From IMG/VR virus record IMGVR_UViG_2648501299_000008: a stretch of 43,241 bases of DNA; one strand, written 5' to 3'. Below are positions 34,717 to 43,241 of this stretch, piece by piece. The notes beneath the pieces are model-generated. The model had not been told where the DNA came from. It saw nothing but the letters and a program-made list of their open reading frames with translations, and did no database searches. Source of the DNA: a virus. Taxonomy: Duplodnaviria; Heunggongvirae; Uroviricota; Caudoviricetes. Position 1 is the first letter of the stretch. Each line of letters opens with the position of its first letter. A program made the position numbers and the translations under genes.

Positions 34717-35256
34717 TCATATAGCCCCCAGCATCATCTGCACCATCTCCATCAGCGGCCCGGTTAAGCCAGGGTCAACGCGGTACATCTCCACGATCCC
34801 CTCGCTCAACTCTTTCAGCTTCTGATGACGTGGAGCATCCATCGCGACGGCTATCTTCGCTTCGCTGGTTTCTTTCTCCATACGCGCCAGACGAGCCATA
34901 ACGTTGTCTTCTGGTAGCAGACGGTTGCGGTACTTGAGCGGCAGAACAGCAAGAATTGCCGGAGTCAGCTGGCGGACGTTCTCGCGGTATCTTTCACTGT
35001 TGAAATGGTTGTCCAGGAAGCGGAAAAGCTTCTGACGCTGTCGGCTGAGGTCATCAGGGAAAGTGATCTCGTCTCCCCCTTGCGCCTGGTACTCTTCGAT
35101 GATCAGAGCAGAAACGACATCCTGACCATCTACACCCGCCCATGAGCGAACGGCATCACGAATATCTTCATGGCTAGGTCCCTTGCACGCTTGAGCACGA
35201 TTTATCACCGCCTGCTGCGGCGATCCTGTATCCTGGTAAAACGTAAGTGATTGCAT
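34717..35256 (-). CDS. YdaT-like protein (CII-position regulatory protein)
   Basis: 179 aa; segments IIEEYQAQGGDEITFP and TPAILAVLPLKYRNRL resemble E. coli Rac YdaT as I recall it. Lies immediately downstream of the cro-like gene. Confidence 0.55.
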   Translation of the reverse strand: MQSLTFYQDTGSPQQAVINRAQACKGPSHEDIRDAVRSWAGVDGQDVVSALIIEEYQAQGGDEITFPDDLSRQRQKLFRFLDNHFNSERYRENVRQLTPAILAVLPLKYRNRLLPEDNVMARLARMEKETSEAKIAVAMDAPRHQKLKELSEGIVEMYRVDPGLTGPLMEMVQMMLGAI

Positions 35257-35287
35257 AGTGCAGTCCCTTGATGGTTAGCGCCGCCGG

Positions 35288-35518
35288 TCAGGCGGCTGAA
35301 TGTGGATGCGGAAACAATTCAGGAAGGTCGGGACGGAATTCATGAGCTTGAATCTGTCCTTCGCTTGCCTTTACCAAAACAGGAACATGGATCGGGGAGA
35401 TTTGTTTTTTCCCATTTAACCAGTCACAGACCGTGGATTGGGCCTTACCACATCGCTTCGCTAGCTCTTTCTGACTACCGGCGATTGCAATCGCTTTTTC
35501 TACAGCAGGGTTTTTCAT
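35288..35518 (-). CDS. Cro/YdaS-like HTH regulator
   Basis: 76 aa from the ATG at 35516-35518; HTH segment GSQKELAKRCGKAQSTVCDWLNG. Divergent from the cI-type repressor. Confidence 0.6.
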   Translation of the reverse strand: MKNPAVEKAIAIAGSQKELAKRCGKAQSTVCDWLNGKKQISPIHVPVLVKASEGQIQAHEFRPDLPELFPHPHSAA

Positions 35519-35554
35519 AATCGCTCCTTCTATCAATTTAGGTTGATTATGTTT

Positions 35555-35614
35555 ATCGCTTTAACGAATGTCAATCGCCTATGCGATTTTTTGCTTATTA
35601 ATCGCTGTGGCGAT
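35555..35614. promoter_or_regulatory. OR-type operator cluster between cro and cI (ATCGC-N4-GCGAT sites)
   Basis: Perfect palindromes ATCGCCTATGCGAT (35574-35587) and ATCGCTGTGGCGAT (35601-35614), plus a degenerate site ATCGCTTTAACGAA (35555-35568). Confidence 0.5.
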
Positions 35615-35647
35615 AATATTTATGAAGGTTATTAGGGGGTATCTTTA

Positions 35648-36331
35648 ATGAGTTTTTCTGAGCGATTAGATCGCGCAATGAATGAGGCGGGTTATACACA
35701 GGGCAAGCTAGCTAAGGCAGTTGGCATGGCACAGTCAAGTGTTAACAAGCTGCTAAATGGTGCATCAAGCTCAAGAAAAACGGTCGAGATAGCTTCTGTT
35801 CTCAATGTTCGCCCTGAATGGCTTTCCACGGGATCCGGACCGATGCGTAACGATGGCCAGCTACCGCCTCCCATTACCGCGACAAAAAAAGACTCAAACA
35901 TATTCAGAGTTGACGTACTTGACCTGACATTTAGCGCGGGGCCAGGTTCTTTCATGATTTCTGAGTTTGTTGAGGTTCTACACGCCATTGAGTTCACAAC
36001 CGAACACGCTCGTTCACTCTTCGGAAATCGTTCTCAGGAAGACGTAAAAGTAATGACGGTCGATGGCGACAGCATGTGTCCAACTATACAGTCTGGTGAC
36101 AGATTGTTTTTCGATATTTCTGTAAGAAACTTCAAGGTCGACGGTGTTTATGCGTTCGTTTTCGGACAACATTTCCATGTGAAGCGCTTGCAGATGCAGG
36201 GCGATAGGTTGGCAGTTTTGTCTGATAACTCAGCTTATGAGAAGTGGTACATTAACGAAGGTAATCAGGATCAACTCTACGTAATGGGTAAGGCATTGAT
36301 TCATGAATCAATAAAGTATAACCGATTGTAA
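35648..36331 (+). CDS. cI-type repressor (HTH plus LexA-like S24 autopeptidase domain)
   Basis: 227 aa; N-terminal HTH (GYTQGKLAKAVGMAQSSVNKLLNG) and C-terminal S24 domain with the GDSM serine motif and VKRL lysine. GGGGG Shine-Dalgarno. Confidence 0.85.
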   Translation: MSFSERLDRAMNEAGYTQGKLAKAVGMAQSSVNKLLNGASSSRKTVEIASVLNVRPEWLSTGSGPMRNDGQLPPPITATKKDSNIFRVDVLDLTFSAGPGSFMISEFVEVLHAIEFTTEHARSLFGNRSQEDVKVMTVDGDSMCPTIQSGDRLFFDISVRNFKVDGVYAFVFGQHFHVKRLQMQGDRLAVLSDNSAYEKWYINEGNQDQLYVMGKALIHESIKYNRL

Positions 36332-36375
36332 AACTGTACTTTTTATCTACTTTGGCCCAGAAAAGGATCATAATT

Positions 36376-36738
36376 ATGAAATCGGAATTATTTCATAGTG
36401 AAGCAAACTCCGAGATTATCACAGCGGATGAGTTCATTGATTTCATAAATTCATTCAAAAAACCAATAACTTGCCAAATCTGCGGGAACCAGTCATGGTC
36501 TGTAGTTGGTGCCTTTGATCTTGATGTAGAAGAAAATCAGCCAAAACATCATGTGATCGAAACACTTAGTTATGCACAATACAAACCTGATACTGATAGT
36601 GCTGTGACATATCCTGGCGGTATGCCACTATTTCGAATCACGTGTGATCACTGCGCACATGTACTGCTTTTTTCTTATAAAAAAGCCAGGACACTGATTA
36701 ATAAAAGAAAAGAAGATCAAGGAGAGGATGGGAAGTGA
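36376..36738 (+). CDS. zinc-ribbon-like protein of unknown function, co-oriented with cI
   Basis: 120 aa from the ATG at 36376 with AAAAGGA Shine-Dalgarno. Two Cys pairs CQIC...CDHC. Lies 45 nt downstream of the cI stop. Confidence 0.5.
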   Translation: MKSELFHSEANSEIITADEFIDFINSFKKPITCQICGNQSWSVVGAFDLDVEENQPKHHVIETLSYAQYKPDTDSAVTYPGGMPLFRITCDHCAHVLLFSYKKARTLINKRKEDQGEDGK

Positions 36739-37367
36739 TGGGCCCATCTCTCAAAGCTGTCCCAGACTGCGGTTCTGGCATTGATAAAGATGACCTGTAC
36801 CCCAATGTTCAAAACAGACTACGCGTCGATAAAGAAGAAATGTATACTAACTTTATCAAATCAACAGATGAAGCTAATGAAACTGATGGGGGAAATGAAA
36901 TGTCATCAGTTAGCCGTGAAGAAATGCAAGCACTTCTAGCTGCCAATAAGGCGGAGATGGAGTCCATTGCATCTTCGATTAGAGCTGAAATGGCTTTGTC
37001 ACGCGAGAATATGAACGTTCAGCTGGCATCGCTCAATTCATCTATTAGCTCTATTTCTTCTAAAATTGAAGGGAAAATGGATAGCGTTGATGGGGATGTA
37101 AAAGCCATCAATGGCAAATTCGAAGGTATACAAGGGCAAATTACAGGAATAAACACTGCGATTGGCGGTATTCAATCAGGTATTTCCACTAGGCTTGCTA
37201 TTTTTGGCGTTATCATTGCGGTTGTCGTTGCATTACCTAGTCTTGTTTCTGCCTTGAAGAGTGATCCGCCCGTAGTTCAACCAGTAGCGCAGCAACCTGT
37301 TATCATCCAATTACCTCAAGAACCAACTACTCCACGAGTACTTCACCAACAGGAAAAATCAAAGTAA
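36738..37367 (+). CDS. coiled-coil protein with C-terminal transmembrane anchor, unknown function
   Basis: About 209 aa (ATG 36738, or GTG 36735) overlapping the previous stop. Long heptad-like helical region, then hydrophobic LAIFGVIIAVVVALPSLVSAL and a Pro/Gln-rich tail. Confidence 0.5.
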   Translation: MGPSLKAVPDCGSGIDKDDLYPNVQNRLRVDKEEMYTNFIKSTDEANETDGGNEMSSVSREEMQALLAANKAEMESIASSIRAEMALSRENMNVQLASLNSSISSISSKIEGKMDSVDGDVKAINGKFEGIQGQITGINTAIGGIQSGISTRLAIFGVIIAVVVALPSLVSALKSDPPVVQPVAQQPVIIQLPQEPTTPRVLHQQEKSK

Positions 37368-37392
37368 ACCGGCATTATGCCGGTTTTCATAT
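37367..37392 (+). terminator. rho-independent terminator closing the cI-side operon
   Basis: ACCGGCA-tta-TGCCGGT stem at 37368-37384 followed by TTTCATATT; starts at the stop codon of the membrane protein gene. Confidence 0.6.
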
Positions 37393-37711
37393 TCCTTTTC
37401 TCACCATAGCAGTGACATCCCACAACACTCCTTTGTGAATCACATTTCCAACCGCGCGACGCTTAGTCTCCAAGCTATCTACTATCGCATCTCGACTTAT
37501 CACCACACCGTTGATTATCTACTCGACAACTGCACCGCCAATCTCGCCAGCCATGAAAGCAGCGCGATCTTCCAGCAGCTCATCACGTGACATATCCATT
37601 CCTAAACCCATATCAATATCCCCGCCTGGTGTTTTTTTGAGCATATCACGCATCTCATACAAAAATAAATCACTTTATAAATCAAATAAAAATCGGCAAA
37701 ATCACAATATT

Positions 37712-37753
37712 ATCGTTTAAGCGATTGATAAAATAAATCGCCTTAGCTATCAT
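37712..37753 (+). promoter_or_regulatory. candidate PL-type promoter with overlapping operator-like site
   Basis: ATCGTTTAAGCGAT (37712-37725) resembles the OR sites. TTGATA (37725-37730), 17-nt spacer, TATCAT (37748-37753) reads rightward toward the recE-side genes. Confidence 0.35.
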
Positions 37754-37927
37754 CACCCCATCGAGAAACACTAAGCGCATCAAGTTCAAACGTTCCGCTG
37801 GCCTGGCGACAAGGGCAAAGCACAGAGTGAGCTTCGCGGTGGTGAACTGCAGAGTTAAAACGCTCAACTGTGAAGATCAGCACCACGGCGCCACCAGCGA
37901 AGTTCACTCAGAAAACTGGAGAACATC

Positions 37928-38134
37928 ATGGTTCATCAGCACTACGGTACACAGACGGTAAACCGCGGCGCAGTTCAGCCGGGGATGCTCGTCAAACACA
38001 AAGACTCAACCTGGACGGCATCAGCTAACGCTCGCGGACGTTTGTATCTGCATCGCGGCGTAGAAATGACTTACACCAAGGATTTGCTGGTTGAAGTTTA
38101 TCTGAACGGTCTGGGGCATGGACTCAGCCACTAG
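37928..38134 (+). CDS. hypothetical small protein, first gene of the rightward early operon
   Basis: 68-aa ORF with GGAG Shine-Dalgarno 7 nt upstream. Confidence 0.4.
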   Translation: MVHQHYGTQTVNRGAVQPGMLVKHKDSTWTASANARGRLYLHRGVEMTYTKDLLVEVYLNGLGHGLSH

Positions 38135-38145
38135 CGGAGGATGTC

Positions 38146-38307
38146 ATGTTAGACAAGAAATGCGGATATTGCGGCAAGCCGGTTAAAACGGAGGAAGTAA
38201 TCAAGAGCACCCTTCTCTATCGCAACGGCTCACAGCTGGCGCGCAAAGAAAAAGAGTATTGCTCCAAACGTTGCGCTTCGCACGACCAGATGGCTCACGA
38301 AGGCTAA
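38146..38307 (+). CDS. small zinc-ribbon-like protein
   Basis: 53-aa ORF (MLDKKCGYCGKPV...YCSKRCASHDQMAHEG) with GGAGG Shine-Dalgarno. Confidence 0.4.
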   Translation: MLDKKCGYCGKPVKTEEVIKSTLLYRNGSQLARKEKEYCSKRCASHDQMAHEG

Positions 38308-38446
38308 CGTAAAACCCGCGCAAGGCGGGATCTACGTCCGGTGGTACCGACCAAAGTTACACCGGAAACAACATTAAAACCAAAGTTAACCCAATGGGCG
38401 CTATCAATGGTCCGGGGATTCTAACACCCAAAAATGAGGATCTCAC

Positions 38447-41400
38447 ATGGAATTCTTTAATGTGGTTAAAGCCACTCAGAAATCCGGAAAGCAAGATGCA
38501 GTGGTCTGGTTCACTGCTAAAACCGAGGCTCGCGCCAATCTGATGCTGGATGTTGCGCTGGAAGATGCAGGTATCGAAACAGGTCGGGGTAAGGACTACG
38601 CCAAACCGATTCGCACTGATTTCCCAGTTGTCGACGGCCTGCCGAAAGAAGGTGAAGTTGATTTTACCTGGTGTGATCGCTACGAGCTTCAGGACGATGG
38701 GCGCACCTGGCTGCCAAAAGCCGCTGGTGTGTCTACTGGTTCCGTTTACGCCCCCTCCACACCTACTCCGACCGTAATCGTTGAAGATGCGACTGCGTCC
38801 GAAATTGTCCCGGTTGAAAACCGTACTCCAGCGGTCCGCTTTGCCGTCCATCTGATGAACGATAAATACCAAACCCACGTCACTAAAGAGCAGCAGTTGG
38901 CTGCCAGCGAAATGTCACTGGATGAAGGCAATACATATCTCCATAGCCTGCTTGTGGCAAGGAACGATGTGCCCGCGACCGCCAAACTCAGCCTGAATGC
39001 TGAGTGGAAAATGATTCGGGCGGTTAAGGACATTTTCACACCAGACGAAGAGCACGAACCAAGATTGATCGCTGCATTCATGTCTGACTGGGTGAACACC
39101 GATGCCGGTGACCGCAATCAACTGGTAGAAGACTGGCGCAGTGGTAAGTTGCAGTTGCTCAAAACTGAAACCAGCAACGCTGCTGACGTTACAACGGGTC
39201 AAGATCTCACTGTTGAGGACGGTATCCAGACCGACGAGAACGGCCGGGCAGAAGGTGGCGTCGTTGATGGTGAAGTCGATACCGAAGAGCAATCCCAGCA
39301 GACACAGCAACCGAACCTGATCGTTGTTGCCACCCTGCCATTCCGCCAGCGCGTACTGGCTCAGTTCATCGGTGATGGTGAATATCTCTATCACATCGAC
39401 GCAGGGCAGAAAAATGAGATTGTCCGCCTTGAGATGGACACCGATGACGCGTACGTCCAGAACCTGCTGCTGGCAGCTGAGAATGTGGAAGCATTCAAAA
39501 AAGCCATTGAGCACGATATTCATAAAGTCGTGAATGCCGTTAAGAAAGTCTTCCCTGTCGATGGAAAAATCCCTGAACTCGCAACCTTAATCCAGTTTTT
39601 GAAATTGTGGTTCGCTACAGATCACATCGACCGCGGTATCCTCGTTCGCGAATGGGCCGCCGGTAATCGCATCAGTAGTGTGCAGCGTACTGATTCCGGC
39701 ACTAATGCCGACGGCGGTTACGTCACTGACCGTGGACCTGACGCACACCACACACTGGACACTCTCGATTTAGAGATTGCGTGTGCCCTTCTGCCTATGG
39801 ACTTCAACCACTTCGAGATCCCGGGCAGCATTCTTCGTCGCGCTAAAGAAATCGTGACCAAAAAAGAAGAACCATGGAAATCATGGAGCAACATCCTGCG
39901 CAATCAGCCAGGCGTTCTGGGTGTTAACCGCACGGCTATTTTTAACCTGGTACGTATCGCACCGGAAAATATTCATTTAACTCCTGTCGCTCACCTGGAA
40001 TTTGTTAACCAGACCATGACAGCCGCGTTCAATTCCGCGGTCGAGTTATTGCCGTTGCATGAGGCTGAACCCGCAGCACAGGAAATTCCCCAACCTGAAG
40101 GTAAGGAGTCTCCGCGCAAATCCTTCTGCACTCACGAAGAGAACCTGCAACGCGTGCGTGAAGAAGGAGCACGCCGCCGCGCAGAGGAAGCGGCAGCACA
40201 ACCGCAGAAAGTCGAACAAGAACTGGTTAAAAATGTCGGCAACGGAATATTCGACGTTACGGCTTTGCTGCAGAACTCAGCAACTCATGGCACGAAAAAG
40301 GCTACGGAGACCACCAGCAATGTGCAGGTTCAAGAAACTGTCAGTGATGAAAAACAAGCTGGTGATGAAGTACAGCCAGGCGAAAGCAGTCTGGAGTCTG
40401 GTGAAGAGTCAGATACCAGCCAGAAGGACGATGTAAACCAGAATACGGATTCTGTCGCCAAAAATAGCGATTCTGTAAGCCAAACCGAACCAGTTGCAGC
40501 ACAAACCGAGCCAGAAGCGCAATCTGACGAACCAGCTGTTGTTTATCCCGCTTATTTCGAGCCAGGCCGCTATGAAGGGCTGCCAAACGAGGTTTACCAC
40601 GCCGCCAACGGCATCAGCTCAACCCAGGTGAAAGATGCGCGCGTTTCGCTGATGTACTTCAATGCGCGCCACGTAGAGAAAACCATCGTCAAAGAGCGCT
40701 CAGCGGTGCTGGACATGGGCTACTTGGTGCATGCGCTGGCGTTGCAGCCTGAACTACTGGACGCAGAATTCAGCGTTGAACCGGTGATCCCTGAAGGCGC
40801 ATTCACAACGGCCGCGACCCTGCGCGCCTTTATCGATGAGCACAATGCCAGCCTGCCGGCGCTGCTGTCTGCCGACGACATCAAGGTGTTACTGGAAGAG
40901 TACAACGCCACCCTGCCGCCGCAGGTTCCGCTTGGCGCTAACCTGGAAGAAACGGCACAGAACTATATGGCGCTGCCAGCTGACTTCCAGCGTATTGATG
41001 GTGACCAGAAGCAGACGGCGACGGCAATGAAGGCATGCATTAAAGAGTACAACGCCACCCTGCCGCCGCCGGTTAAAACCAGCGGCAGCCGTGACGCGCT
41101 GCTGGAGCAGTTGGCAATCATCAACCCTGACCTTGTGGCTCAGGAAGCACAGAAACCGGCACCACTGAAAGTGTCCGGTACCAAAGCAGACATGATCCAG
41201 GCCGTGAAGGCAGTCAAACCAGATGCCGTATTTGCCGACGAACTGCTGGATGCCTGGCGCGATAACCCGGAAGGAAAAGTGCTGGTCACCCGCCAGCAGC
41301 TGAGCACCGCGCTGAATATTCAAAAAGCGCTTCTGGCACACCCGACCGCCGGCATGCTGCTGACCCACCCTAGCCGAGCCGTTGAGGTGAGCTACTTTGG

Positions 41401-41836
41401 TTTTGACGAGGAGACGGGCTTGGAAGTTCGTGTGCGCCCTGACCTTGAGATCGACCTGGATGGCGTGCGTATAGGTGCAGACCTGAAAACCATCAGCATG
41501 TGGAATGTTAAGCAGGAAAGCCTGCGCGCCAGGCTACACCGGGAAATTATTGAACGTGATTATCACCTGAGCGCGGCTATGTACTGCGAAACCGCAGCGC
41601 TGGATCAGTTCTTCTGGATTTTCGTCAACAAAGACGAGAACTACCACTGGATCGCCATCATCGAGGCATCCGCTGAACTACTGGAGCTGGGTATGCTCGA
41701 GTACCGCAAAGCGATGCGCAATATCGCAACCGGATTCGACACAGGTGAATGGCCAGCGCCAATCACTGCTGACTACACCGACGAACTGAACGACTTCGAC
41801 CTGCGCCGCCTTGAAGCGCTGCGTACTCAGGCATAA
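38447..41836 (+). CDS. recE: RecE-like exonuclease with long N-terminal extension
   Basis: 1129 aa. The C-terminal roughly 300 aa looks like a PD-(D/E)xK / YqaJ-type exonuclease domain by eye. The N-terminal roughly 800 aa is acidic and low-complexity in parts. Followed directly by recT. Confidence 0.7.
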   Translation: MEFFNVVKATQKSGKQDAVVWFTAKTEARANLMLDVALEDAGIETGRGKDYAKPIRTDFPVVDGLPKEGEVDFTWCDRYELQDDGRTWLPKAAGVSTGSVYAPSTPTPTVIVEDATASEIVPVENRTPAVRFAVHLMNDKYQTHVTKEQQLAASEMSLDEGNTYLHSLLVARNDVPATAKLSLNAEWKMIRAVKDIFTPDEEHEPRLIAAFMSDWVNTDAGDRNQLVEDWRSGKLQLLKTETSNAADVTTGQDLTVEDGIQTDENGRAEGGVVDGEVDTEEQSQQTQQPNLIVVATLPFRQRVLAQFIGDGEYLYHIDAGQKNEIVRLEMDTDDAYVQNLLLAAENVEAFKKAIEHDIHKVVNAVKKVFPVDGKIPELATLIQFLKLWFATDHIDRGILVREWAAGNRISSVQRTDSGTNADGGYVTDRGPDAHHTLDTLDLEIACALLPMDFNHFEIPGSILRRAKEIVTKKEEPWKSWSNILRNQPGVLGVNRTAIFNLVRIAPENIHLTPVAHLEFVNQTMTAAFNSAVELLPLHEAEPAAQEIPQPEGKESPRKSFCTHEENLQRVREEGARRRAEEAAAQPQKVEQELVKNVGNGIFDVTALLQNSATHGTKKATETTSNVQVQETVSDEKQAGDEVQPGESSLESGEESDTSQKDDVNQNTDSVAKNSDSVSQTEPVAAQTEPEAQSDEPAVVYPAYFEPGRYEGLPNEVYHAANGISSTQVKDARVSLMYFNARHVEKTIVKERSAVLDMGYLVHALALQPELLDAEFSVEPVIPEGAFTTAATLRAFIDEHNASLPALLSADDIKVLLEEYNATLPPQVPLGANLEETAQNYMALPADFQRIDGDQKQTATAMKACIKEYNATLPPPVKTSGSRDALLEQLAIINPDLVAQEAQKPAPLKVSGTKADMIQAVKAVKPDAVFADELLDAWRDNPEGKVLVTRQQLSTALNIQKALLAHPTAGMLLTHPSRAVEVSYFGFDEETGLEVRVRPDLEIDLDGVRIGADLKTISMWNVKQESLRARLHREIIERDYHLSAAMYCETAALDQFFWIFVNKDENYHWIAIIEASAELLELGMLEYRKAMRNIATGFDTGEWPAPITADYTDELNDFDLRRLEALRTQA

Positions 41837-41841
41837 GGGGA

Positions 41842-42960
41842 ATGATGATGGAAAACACGAATATCGTAACCGCTGAACAGCAGACTCCAAACACGATCTC
41901 AGCCAGCAATGCCATTTTCAACGTGCAGGCTTTAACCCAGCTTCAGTCTGTCGCCGGGTTGATGGCACAGGCAGCCGTAACGGTGCCTGAGCACCTCCGC
42001 GGCAATCCGGCAGACTGCATGGCCATCATCATGCAGGCGATGCAGTGGGGTATGAACCCTTACGCCGTGGCGCAAAAGACGCACCTGGTTAACGGTGTCC
42101 TGGGATACGAAGCGCAACTGGTTAATGCGGTGATCTCCAGCTCAAACGCCATCGTTGGCCGCTTTCACTATGAGTACGAGGGCGACTGGTCGAAATGTGC
42201 CAGCAGCCGCGAGATAACCGTTAAAAAGCCTGCGAAAGGTGGCGGGACGTACGACAAGAAAGAAATGGTACGCGGTTGGGAAAGTGCTGATGAACAAGGA
42301 CTGTCGGTACGGGTAGGTGCCGTTATTCGCGGTGAAAGTGATATCACCTGGGGAGAGCCTGTTTTCCTCTCCAGCGTAATCACACGTAATTCTCCACTTT
42401 GGGTATCAAACCCGAAACAGCAGATCGCTTATCTGGCACTCAAATACTGGGCGCGCCTATATTGCCCTGCAGTTGTTCTTGGTGTGTACACCCCTGATGA
42501 GATTGAACAGCGCACAGAAAAAGAGATCAACCCAACGCCGCAACGCGTTAGCCTGGCTGATATCTCAGGTGACACCGTCACAACCACGCAAAGCGCACAG
42601 GAATCGTCGGTAAATGTCGACTCTCTTGCCGATGATTTCCGCGAACGCATCGAATCTGCTCAGGACGTGGATAGCGCCAAATCGCTGCGTGCCGACATTG
42701 AAACGGCGAAAGCTACGCTGGGATCCGCACTATTCACCGAGCTGAAAAACAAAGCCGTAAAGCGTTATTACCTAGTGGATGCACGCAACAAGGTTGAGGA
42801 GGCTATTAAATCCCTGCCCCAGCCCGACGAGCCGCATGCAGCCGAACGGTTCGCTGAAGCCGAGCGCATGCTTGCATCTTCAAAGCGTCACTTAGGCGAT
42901 GAACTGCACGATCAATTCAGCATCACCCTGGCGGATATGAAACCGGAATACGTGGCCTGA
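41842..42960 (+). CDS. recT: RecT-family single-strand annealing protein
   Basis: 372 aa; N-terminal two-thirds resemble RecT, with a roughly 100-aa C-terminal extension. Start 6 nt after the recE stop. Confidence 0.75.
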   Translation: MMMENTNIVTAEQQTPNTISASNAIFNVQALTQLQSVAGLMAQAAVTVPEHLRGNPADCMAIIMQAMQWGMNPYAVAQKTHLVNGVLGYEAQLVNAVISSSNAIVGRFHYEYEGDWSKCASSREITVKKPAKGGGTYDKKEMVRGWESADEQGLSVRVGAVIRGESDITWGEPVFLSSVITRNSPLWVSNPKQQIAYLALKYWARLYCPAVVLGVYTPDEIEQRTEKEINPTPQRVSLADISGDTVTTTQSAQESSVNVDSLADDFRERIESAQDVDSAKSLRADIETAKATLGSALFTELKNKAVKRYYLVDARNKVEEAIKSLPQPDEPHAAERFAEAERMLASSKRHLGDELHDQFSITLADMKPEYVA

Positions 42961-42998
42961 CGAGACCGGGAGGGGTAACCCTCCCTCAAGGAGATTAT

Positions 42999-43241
42999 AT
43001 GCGACTGATCAATCGAGGAAGTAAGCAATCACCTTTAGCTCGCCAAGCATGCGACATCGCGCTGGCAGCTCACTTGCAAACATATGGCGACTATGGGCGA
43101 AGCAAGATGAAAGAGACTTATACGGTGAAGGTTGAAGGCGTGAAAGTCTGGGTGGAGGTGGTGAACCGAAAGGCGAGCTACGTGGCCACAGCGATGACCG
43201 GCATGCGCCGTCTCCGCTCCCTGCCCGGGCAGGTTGGTTGA
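42999..43241 (+). CDS. hypothetical protein
   Basis: 80-aa ORF ending with TGA at the last bases of the window; start uncertain; no family recognised. Confidence 0.3.
   Translation: MRLINRGSKQSPLARQACDIALAAHLQTYGDYGRSKMKETYTVKVEGVKVWVEVVNRKASYVATAMTGMRRLRSLPGQVG

Noticed and set aside
34717-35518. Calling the YdaS/YdaT-like pair a toxin-antitoxin system.
   Set aside because: Position and orientation match the cro-cII regulatory slot, and I am not confident the toxin-antitoxin interpretation of these families holds; annotated as regulators only.
37519-37653. 44-aa minus-strand ORF (MRDMLKKTPGGDIDMGLGMD...) converging on the cI operon.
   Set aside because: Not rejected outright, but too short and without a clear Shine-Dalgarno to call; it could be a real small gene. 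Left unannotated.
37511-37720. 69-aa plus-strand ORF between the cI-operon terminator and the candidate PL.
   Set aside because: Low-complexity Ser/Ile/Pro-rich translation in an AT-rich regulatory region; no Shine-Dalgarno.
38915-39523. 202-aa minus-strand ORF inside recE, and other minus-strand ORFs within recE and recT.
   Set aside because: Shadow ORFs inside a long, well-supported coding region.
1-43241. Integrase, excisionase and attachment sites or prophage boundaries.
   Set aside because: No tyrosine or large serine integrase is encoded in the window (the only recombinase is the small invertase) and no duplicated att core could be identified by eye; the prophage ends appear to lie outside the window.

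Overview
The whole window lies inside a mosaic temperate prophage of an Enterobacteriaceae host; RusA, YlcG and DnaC-like products look E. coli-like from memory, and no integrase or att site is in view. Left to right: a serine DNA invertase, a DinI-like gene, an invertase 3' remnant and an Oac-like acyltransferase; then the complete late operon on the minus strand (Mu/e14-like contractile tail and baseplate, tape measure with a -1 frameshifted chaperone, lambda-like head E/D/scaffold/protease/portal/W/terminase); a repeat array next to the small terminase gene; a lysis cassette; a Q-like antiterminator with ylcG-rusA-ybcO-type nin genes; a replication module with iterons inside the initiator gene, a DnaC-like loader and a frameshifted adenine-methylase-like gene; a cro/cI switch with ATCGC-N4-GCGAT operators; and RecE/RecT. 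Accessory genes sit at the classical moron positions. The best candidates for an undescribed system are (i) a zinc-ribbon protein plus coiled-coil membrane protein co-oriented with cI, and (ii) a ClpP-fold serine protease plus small protein between the Q region and the lysis genes; I cannot assign either a function from sequence. Also notable: a class-II tRNA-like element with anticodon GAU, an MliC/PliC-like secreted protein, and an amber-interrupted small membrane ORF inside the tail operon. All family assignments are from reading the translations and from memory; no database search, GC computation or fold prediction was run.
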